Positions 57,663 to 64,000 of a stretch of 64,000 bases of DNA are shown here, in pieces. The notes under the pieces were generated by a model. The model had not been told where the DNA came from, ran no database searches, and saw only the letters and a list, made by a program, of their open reading frames with translations. The first letter of the stretch is position 1. The number at the start of each line of letters is the position of its first letter. The stretch comes from Bacteroidales bacterium (GTDB lineage Bacteria > Bacteroidota > Bacteroidia > Bacteroidales > ML635J-15). Location: positions 19,941 to 83,940 of the forward strand of contig JBKGYK010000001.1 in NCBI GenBank assembly GCA_046546095.1, read 5' to 3'. Both the position numbers and the translations under genes were made by a program.

Positions 57663-60377
57663 CTACAATCTTTTTACCCGGCTTGTCTTTTGAAGCCATG
57701 GCCACTTCTTTCCCGCGTTGAAAAGAATACAGTACTGGATGATTGCCATTATCAGAATCATCACAAAGGAAAGCAGGAAATGTCTGACTTTTTGTCCTGC
57801 CACCTGAACAAAGGCTGCTTTTGGTGATAACAGATTACCGGTTCGGTAATAAGGATATGTATATAAAACAAGCTCCCCATCCTTCAGATCAACAACATTG
57901 TTACTGGCAAATTGCACTGGATACCAAAGCGCCGGAAAAGATTTCGGTATTGGTTTTTCAACATCCTGCAAGTTGAGGCTGAACACTTTGCTCACATACC
58001 GGTCAAGTAATTCAGGCCGGTTTGTCTGTTGAGAATCAATTTGTGCGGCAATTTCAACCGGCAAAGCATCAAGCAGCAGTTTTCCGCAGTTTTGATTTGT
58101 CGTATCGTTCTCACAAAATTCCCGCCATGCCGGCAACACATCCTGCAGGTAAAACAGGCTCAGGTAATATACTTTTTCTTTCCGGTATTCCGATTCGGGA
58201 TGCTGATAAAGGCATTCGGTAATCAATCCTTCATAAGCCCATGATGCGGCAAATATCCGGCTCACCGGCAATGCTGTATTTTCCTTATTTCTCCCGGGGA
58301 ACTGCTCCCATGGTATCATTGCTCCGCTGAAAAGTATCTGAGGAATCAATAAGACCGGAACAAGAAGATAAACCCACAGCCTGCCGCGGGACAAAAGTGA
58401 TAAAAGCAAACCAGTTGCAGCAGAAAACACATACAAAGCAAAGTACATCAGCGTGAGCGGAAAAAAGAAAAACTGCAGTTGCAAAATCCAGACAGAAATA
58501 AACCCAAACAAAACAGCCTGAAGCAGGCCTCCCGGGATAAAGACAGCCAGTTGAGCGGACAAAAAGGAGGCATTGTTTCTTTCCGTCACCCATTCCCTTT
58601 TGCGTTCAGGAGCAGCACTGCTCAATTCGCCGAGCGTGAACACCAGGCCTGAGAAAAGTGCCACAACAATACTCATGACAAAAAAGACCGGCAAATGGGG
58701 ATTGTATTCGGGTATATATTCCTGCGATTCTGAATACCGGCATACGGATGCGACCAAAACTGCCATTACAGGAGCATAGGCAAGAAACATACTGACAAAG
58801 GCGGGTCTTTTTCTCAAAACAGCCATTAAAAACCGCAGGTGTTTCGGCCAGGAGATTTTCTTCTTTCCCGGTTCCTTACCGGCTTTCGTGGGACAAGCAA
58901 TTTCCCTGACGGGATAATTTCTGTGCCAGAATTCCGGCGGATATTTTCTGTGCCTGCCGGGTCTGCCGTACTCATCGGATCTGGTTTGTCTGATAAAGCT
59001 TTCCGCTTTTGCCAGACTGATATTCTGCATTTTCCCCGGAGAGCTGTGCTTTCTTTCAGGGGTATTGAAAACGTGTTTGACAAAGCCGTCAGGTTTGCCA
59101 AAATAAACAGGTTGTCCGCCTTTATCCAGGTAAAGCATATTGTCAAAATATGACATCAGCGCTGCATCCGGCTGATGCAGGGTACATATCACCATGCAGC
59201 CTTTATTGGCGGCATCCCTCAAAAAATGAATAACCGATTCCGTATCTTCAAAAGACAAGCCACTGCTCGGCTCATCGCATAGCAGTATATCAGGCTGACA
59301 AGCCAGGCCACCGGCAATATTCAGGCGTTTTCTTTCTCCCCCTGACAAAGCAGAATCCCGTGGTGGCCCCGGGACTGTATTTCTTTTCTCGTACAGGCCG
59401 GTTTCTACCAGCAGTGTGTTTGCTCTTTCCTGTGGCGTGGACACACCAAATTTCAGCGCTATTTGTTCCAGTTGCATCTTTGCAGGCATATCCGCATTCA
59501 GACTGTCTTCCTGAGGAACAAACGAAATCAGGGGATTTTCAGGATAAAATAAGGGGCTGCCTTTATCAGGATGCAGGATCCCTGCAAGTATTCTCAACAG
59601 GCTGCTTTTGCCGGCACCACTTTGTCCCATTATAGCGCTAAGCGATGGTGCCTGTATTTCCAGGTTGAGGCCATGAAAAAGACGTGTACCATAGCCCCGA
59701 AAATCAAGACCGGAAATACACAGATTCTGGTTTGAATCCACAGAGGATTTTGCAGCTCTGAGAATATCGGAATAAATCAGAAATCTCCCTTTGCTCAGAT
59801 TGATTTTCCGCTTATATTCCATCCGCACAAACAATTCAGGATTTGCATCTTTTGTTGCATGCCCAATATTTTTGAAATATATTTCTTCCGGAGAAACAAA
59901 AATAACGGACAGATCATCTGGCAACAGTTCTGGTCTAAGTTGTCTGCTATGCACAAGGTCACCGGTAACCACCTCATGCATTACCTGATACACACCTGGA
60001 CTGATAAGAAACACATCTGCAAGAAGCCGGACAAAATCAAAATTCTCCTGCTTGTTGCTTGCATATTCTGCAACAAATTCCATCGTTCTCAGGCACAGGA
60101 GGTGTCTTTCTTCAATGTTCAGGGTTTCCCTTATGCTTTCTACGGATTTTAAAAACTTCACCGAACTTACACTCAGACCTTTTTTTCCGGTTTTTGCGGA
60201 AAATTTTTTCCTGTACTGATGATAAAGCGTCCATGCCTGCTTCATTTGCTCATCTGAAAGGACATCCGACAAAAATATTTCGAGAAAGTGTTCTGCTTCC
60301 TGCGACACTTTTTTATCACTTTGTGAAGCAAGTATGGCAAATATTTGTAATATGGAATGATGAACCGGGCTGAGCAT
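57663..60377 (-). CDS. ABCG-like ABC transporter (NBD + ABC-2 membrane domain) with about 240-aa N-terminal and about 170-aa C-terminal extensions
   Basis: 904 aa. Walker A GQSGAGKSS, signature LSGGERKR, Walker B ILLCDEPSSGLS, and TLHQP. The membrane domain spans about aa 520-730, followed by an extra domain and a final TM helix. Confidence 0.8.
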   Translation of the reverse strand: MLSPVHHSILQIFAILASQSDKKVSQEAEHFLEIFLSDVLSDEQMKQAWTLYHQYRKKFSAKTGKKGLSVSSVKFLKSVESIRETLNIEERHLLCLRTMEFVAEYASNKQENFDFVRLLADVFLISPGVYQVMHEVVTGDLVHSRQLRPELLPDDLSVIFVSPEEIYFKNIGHATKDANPELFVRMEYKRKINLSKGRFLIYSDILRAAKSSVDSNQNLCISGLDFRGYGTRLFHGLNLEIQAPSLSAIMGQSGAGKSSLLRILAGILHPDKGSPLFYPENPLISFVPQEDSLNADMPAKMQLEQIALKFGVSTPQERANTLLVETGLYEKRNTVPGPPRDSALSGGERKRLNIAGGLACQPDILLCDEPSSGLSFEDTESVIHFLRDAANKGCMVICTLHQPDAALMSYFDNMLYLDKGGQPVYFGKPDGFVKHVFNTPERKHSSPGKMQNISLAKAESFIRQTRSDEYGRPGRHRKYPPEFWHRNYPVREIACPTKAGKEPGKKKISWPKHLRFLMAVLRKRPAFVSMFLAYAPVMAVLVASVCRYSESQEYIPEYNPHLPVFFVMSIVVALFSGLVFTLGELSSAAPERKREWVTERNNASFLSAQLAVFIPGGLLQAVLFGFISVWILQLQFFFFPLTLMYFALYVFSAATGLLLSLLSRGRLWVYLLVPVLLIPQILFSGAMIPWEQFPGRNKENTALPVSRIFAASWAYEGLITECLYQHPESEYRKEKVYYLSLFYLQDVLPAWREFCENDTTNQNCGKLLLDALPVEIAAQIDSQQTNRPELLDRYVSKVFSLNLQDVEKPIPKSFPALWYPVQFASNNVVDLKDGELVLYTYPYYRTGNLLSPKAAFVQVAGQKVRHFLLSFVMILIMAIIQYCILFNAGKKWPWLQKTSRVKRL

Positions 60378-60637
60378 ATCAGGAAAATCCAGATTATTTC
60401 ACAGTAAATGTATGACAAATATCAGAAAACACAAAACCACTTTTACATCAATCTGTCATGCAGTTGTATCTTAGGAATTTTTAGTAAGAAACAATCCTTT
60501 TTTGATCAGAAACATATTTCAAATCACAGGGATAATGAAACAGGCACATAAGAGACTAAAACCAACGATTTTAGTTAAAATATATGTTCAAAAATCAGAA
60601 TAAGCCAAAAAAACAGAATAATTCTATCAAAATGAAT

Positions 60638-60645
60638 TATATTTG
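60638..60645 (+). promoter_or_regulatory. -7 box (TATATTTG) for the SDR gene
   Basis: Perfect TAnnTTTG match, 16 nt before the ATG at 60662. Confidence 0.45.
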
Positions 60646-60661
60646 CGTAAATACTTGTGTT

Positions 60662-61468
60662 ATGGAAACCAAAAAAGTTGTAATCATTACAGGAGCATCA
60701 TCCGGCATTGGATTAGCTTTGTCGCGACATTATGCCGATCATCATTACAATGTGGTTATGGTAGCACGGAATAAAGAGAAGTTAGAGCAATTATCAGAAG
60801 AGCTATCTGAAAAGACCGAGGTGCTGGCTGTACCGACAGATGTTTCAAAGGAAGAGGAATGTAAGCGCATGGTTGAAACGGCCATAGACAGATTCGGAAG
60901 GATAGATATCCTGATCAACAATGCAGGCATTAGCATGCGTGCTAAGTTTGCGGAGCTGGATCTTTCTGTCATGCACCGGCTGATGGATGTCAACTATTGG
61001 GGAACAGTAAACTGTACAAAATATGCACTTCCTCATATTCTTGAAAATCAAGGCTCCGTTGTTGGTGTATCGTCAGTTGCGGGCATTCACGGCTTACCCG
61101 GACGCTCCGGCTACAGTGCTTCAAAATTTGCCATGCACGGATTTTTGGAAACCCTGCGCATTGAACACATGCACAATAATCTGCATGTACTGATCATTGC
61201 CCCGGGCTTTACCTCAAGCAATGTACGGAAGTCTGCCCTCACTGCTGACGGCACACCGCAGGGCGAAACTCCACGGCAGGAAGACAAGATGACTTCTCCG
61301 GAACATGTTGCATACCGTATCTATCGTGCCGTCAAACAAGGCCGCCGTTTTATCGCAATTTCCAGTGCAGGCAAACTTACCAATCTGATAAAAAAATTCT
61401 GGCCTGCCTTTCTGGACCGCATGTTTTTCAGAGCCATGAAGAAAGAACCTGATTCTCCCTTAAAATAA
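60662..61468 (+). CDS. SDR family oxidoreductase
   Basis: VVIITGASSGIG, NNAG and YSASK. ATG 60662 is preferred over the track start at 60584. Confidence 0.9.
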   Translation: METKKVVIITGASSGIGLALSRHYADHHYNVVMVARNKEKLEQLSEELSEKTEVLAVPTDVSKEEECKRMVETAIDRFGRIDILINNAGISMRAKFAELDLSVMHRLMDVNYWGTVNCTKYALPHILENQGSVVGVSSVAGIHGLPGRSGYSASKFAMHGFLETLRIEHMHNNLHVLIIAPGFTSSNVRKSALTADGTPQGETPRQEDKMTSPEHVAYRIYRAVKQGRRFIAISSAGKLTNLIKKFWPAFLDRMFFRAMKKEPDSPLK

Positions 61469-61525
61469 ACCATTGTCATCCTGGTTTGTTATTGTGCATA
61501 CAGTACGAACCAACAAAGGTATCTT

Positions 61526-61945
61526 ATGAAAAATCTGCTGACTCTTACATTGTTACTCATTGGCAGCATGCTAATGGCACAAAGCTATACTGTTGAAGCA
61601 AATGTCAGGAATGTCCGGTCCGGCGATGGTGTTATAAGCGCCGGTTTATACAATAGTCCAGACGATTTCCCGGAGAAAGGCAAAGAGTTTATGGGTGTAA
61701 AAACCGAGGCTAAAGAAGGCATCACCACCATACGCTTCGAGGATGTACCAGCGGGGAAATATGCCATTGCAATTTTACACGATGAGAACAAGAATGACGA
61801 GATGGACCGAAATTTCCTTGGGTTCACGCAGGAAGGTTATTGTTTCTCTAACAAAGCCCGGAGTAAGCTTGGTGCTCCAAAATTTGAAAAAGCAGCATTC
61901 CGGGTTCAGGGTGATGTGTATACAACGGTTTTCATGAATTATTAA
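61526..61945 (+). CDS. DUF2141 domain-containing secreted protein
   Basis: 139 aa with a signal peptide, GVISAGLYNSPDDFP and YAIAILHDENKNDEMDRNFLG. Confidence 0.75.
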   Translation: MKNLLTLTLLLIGSMLMAQSYTVEANVRNVRSGDGVISAGLYNSPDDFPEKGKEFMGVKTEAKEGITTIRFEDVPAGKYAIAILHDENKNDEMDRNFLGFTQEGYCFSNKARSKLGAPKFEKAAFRVQGDVYTTVFMNY

Positions 61946-61975
61946 AGACAATCTGAAGAAACGGATTATATCATG

Positions 61976-62002
61976 CCATGTTTTCGGTGCCGAAAACATT
62001 GG
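61976..62002. terminator. Palindrome between convergent genes (possible terminator, no U-tract)
   Basis: ATGTTTTCGG-TG-CCGAAAACAT (61978-61999), extendable to CC...GG with one bulge. Confidence 0.35.
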
Positions 62003-62046
62003 CCTTCCCGGCTTCCCCATGACATCTTTGTGAATTCGGGCAAATA

Positions 62047-62859
62047 CTACTTTTTCTGATGATGAAGGAGGTTTCGGCCTATAGCATACAAGCTATTGAT
62101 CTTCAGACTCTCTGAATTGTATTTCAGGCTTTCTGCACCGGGTCCTGACAAGACCTTTCCTCCGGAGGCGCGCAGAACAGCATCACCTGCGGCAGTATCC
62201 CATTCGTACAGGCTCCCTGCCCTGAGGTGGATATCAGCAGAACCTTCTGCCACCCGGCAAAATTTCACGGAGCTTCCTTCCTGTGTAACATGTGCTTTGG
62301 GGTACACCTTTTTGACTTCCTCGATATAGGATTGTGTAGCAGCATTCATGTGTGACTTTGTCACAAGGATGACAGGATTATTCGTTTTATCGCAAGGCAG
62401 TGCCGTGCTTTTTTTCATGATGTCTGCAGCCGGAATTTTTCCATCAGTAACCTTCAGTTTCCATGCGCCCATATTTTTGACGCCGTACCACAGATCTGCC
62501 ATCCCGGGTGCAAAAACAACACCCAACACCGGTTCGTTGCGCCGGACAAGGGCAATGTTAATGGTATATTCATCCGTTCCGTTCAAATAGGCCAGGGTGC
62601 CATCTATGGGATCAATCAGCCAGAAGAGGCTGAGTTTTTTTCTCTCATCAAATCCGGGTAAATCGGACTCTTCGGATATTACAGGCAGATCATGCTCAGA
62701 CAACTGCCGGATGATTTCTTCGTTCACCGCATAATCTGACTCAGAAACCGGGGTATTGTCGGCTTTTTTCTGAATATCTATCGTTTCGAACTGTCTTTCC
62801 AGAGCAATTTCTCCGGCATCTATGGCAGCCCGGAGAGCGGTTTCGAGATAATTCAGCAT
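62047..62859 (-). CDS. cysQ: 3'(2'),5'-bisphosphate nucleotidase
   Basis: 270 aa with TPVSESDYAVNEEI, PVISEES and WLIDPIDGT. Confidence 0.85.
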   Translation of the reverse strand: MLNYLETALRAAIDAGEIALERQFETIDIQKKADNTPVSESDYAVNEEIIRQLSEHDLPVISEESDLPGFDERKKLSLFWLIDPIDGTLAYLNGTDEYTINIALVRRNEPVLGVVFAPGMADLWYGVKNMGAWKLKVTDGKIPAADIMKKSTALPCDKTNNPVILVTKSHMNAATQSYIEEVKKVYPKAHVTQEGSSVKFCRVAEGSADIHLRAGSLYEWDTAAGDAVLRASGGKVLSGPGAESLKYNSESLKINSLYAIGRNLLHHQKK

Positions 62860-63633
62860 CTACCAGTTATCCTCCTTATCTTTATTAAAATGGGCTGCAG
62901 CAGCCTGAGCAGTCGGCATCACAAGAATATCATTGATATTGACATGATCAGGACGTGAAACCACAAACAATATAGTTTCCGCGACATCTTTTGCCATCAA
63001 TGGCTGATAACCTTTGTAAACTTCCTCTGCCCTTGCTTCATCACCGTGAAACCGCACCACTGAAAATTCAGTTTCAACAGCACCCGGCGCAACCTGAGAC
63101 ACTTTTATTCCATCCTCCAGCATGTCTCTCCGCATGCCTTTGGTAAGCGCATCCACAGCATGTTTGGTGGCACAATATACATTGCCGTTGGGATACACTT
63201 CCTTACCGGCAATGGAACCTATATTGACAATCTGTCCTCTTTTTCGTTCAATCATTCCGGGAACAACGGCACGGGTAACATAAAGCAGACCTTTGATATT
63301 TGTATCAATCATTTTTTCCCAGTCGTCTGTATCTCCGGACTGCAGAGGAGACATACCCGATGCCAGTCCGGCATTATTGATAAGGATATCAATATTTGCC
63401 CAGGCTTCCGGCAAACTATTGATGGCCTCATCCACCTGTGCTTTGTCTCTGACATCAAAATGAAGAGTATATACGCTGCCGTTGTCACGAAGCTTCAGCT
63501 TGTCACCGATTTCGCCCAGTCTTTCTTTACGGCGGCCTGTGATGATTACTCTGTATCCGTTGTTGACAAGAAGTTCAGCAGTAGCTTCGCCGATACCGGC
63601 GGTAGCACCTGTTATTAAAGCAATTTTATTCAT
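62860..63633 (-). CDS. SDR family NAD(P)-dependent oxidoreductase (YdfG-like)
   Basis: 257 aa with ALITGATAGIG, NNAG and YCATK. Abuts cysQ with no gap. Confidence 0.9.
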   Translation of the reverse strand: MNKIALITGATAGIGEATAELLVNNGYRVIITGRRKERLGEIGDKLKLRDNGSVYTLHFDVRDKAQVDEAINSLPEAWANIDILINNAGLASGMSPLQSGDTDDWEKMIDTNIKGLLYVTRAVVPGMIERKRGQIVNIGSIAGKEVYPNGNVYCATKHAVDALTKGMRRDMLEDGIKVSQVAPGAVETEFSVVRFHGDEARAEEVYKGYQPLMAKDVAETILFVVSRPDHVNINDILVMPTAQAAAAHFNKDKEDNW

Positions 63634-63680
63634 AAATAATTCGGTTTGTAAATATCAATTGTCACGTAAAGATAGTAAAA

Positions 63681-64000
63681 TCACCTGATTTTTTCCATAA
63701 AAACAATATTTTCGACGTGATGCGTATGAGGGAACATATCCACGGGTTGCACTTCCTTCACCTTGTAATTTTCTTTCAAAAGGCTGATATCTCTGGCCTG
63801 TGTTCCGGGATTACAACTCACATATACAATTCTGTCAGGAGCTGTTTGTTCAATTACTGCAATTACATCCTTATGGACACCGGCACGAGGGGGATCAAGC
63901 ACGATAACATCAGGTTTTCCGTGAGTTTTCACGAAACCGGTTTTCATCACATCTTTCATATCCCCGGCAACAAAAACCGCATTTGAAATATGATTCATTT
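63681..64000 (-). CDS. rlmD: 23S rRNA (uracil-5)-methyltransferase RlmD/RumA family, C-terminal part; 5' end beyond the window
   Basis: VIVLDPPRAGVHKDV, IVYVSCNPGTQARD and PVDMFPHTHHVENI. The frame continues to nt 64000. Confidence 0.8.
   Translation of the reverse strand, partial: MNHISNAVFVAGDMKDVMKTGFVKTHGKPDVIVLDPPRAGVHKDVIAVIEQTAPDRIVYVSCNPGTQARDISLLKENYKVKEVQPVDMFPHTHHVENIVFMEKIR

Overview
This is a 64-kb chromosomal segment that looks like Bacteroidota. The inference rests on TAnnTTTG-type -7 promoter boxes, a sigma-A-type RpoD, a Rho with a long disordered insertion, a DUF4492-cydAB operon, and GWxTD, DUF4836, DUF2141 and DUF368 proteins. Hand-sampled G+C is about 45%. The window is densely coding and mostly housekeeping or envelope genes: LptD-like, amidase, MlaD and PagL-like; NAD salvage (pncB-pncA) followed by blc and a macro-domain gene; rpe, rpoD and rho; an MltF-like protein; a DnaQ/GIY-YIG nuclease; an exopolysaccharide export locus (asnB-like, GT4, Wza-like, Wzc-like, WecA-like); uvrA, mtaB and an IMPase; a GWxTD protein plus a Ser/Thr kinase; cytochrome bd; two ABC systems; SDRs; cysQ; and a partial rlmD. 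I found no rRNA, tRNA, CRISPR array, transposase, integrase, reverse transcriptase or recognisable defence gene. The only clearly atypical stretch is 47.3-49.5 kb. It holds a low-GC NodB deacetylase gene flanked by 0.4 kb and 0.9 kb of ORF-poor DNA. The larger gap contains a perfect 22-bp inverted repeat bracketing a 112-bp core with a bidirectional terminator, which is my best candidate for something undescribed (inverton, MITE or sRNA pair). Other leads are an unlisted 47-aa membrane ORF after cydB, a zinc-ribbon membrane protein coupled to the DnaQ/GIY-YIG fusion, and a cluster of an atypical ABCG-like transporter, a beta-helix lipoprotein and a 7-TM protein. All functional calls come from motif recognition by eye, and no database search was possible. 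Several ORF-track starts use TTG or GTG, so I moved some starts to the nearest plausible ATG.
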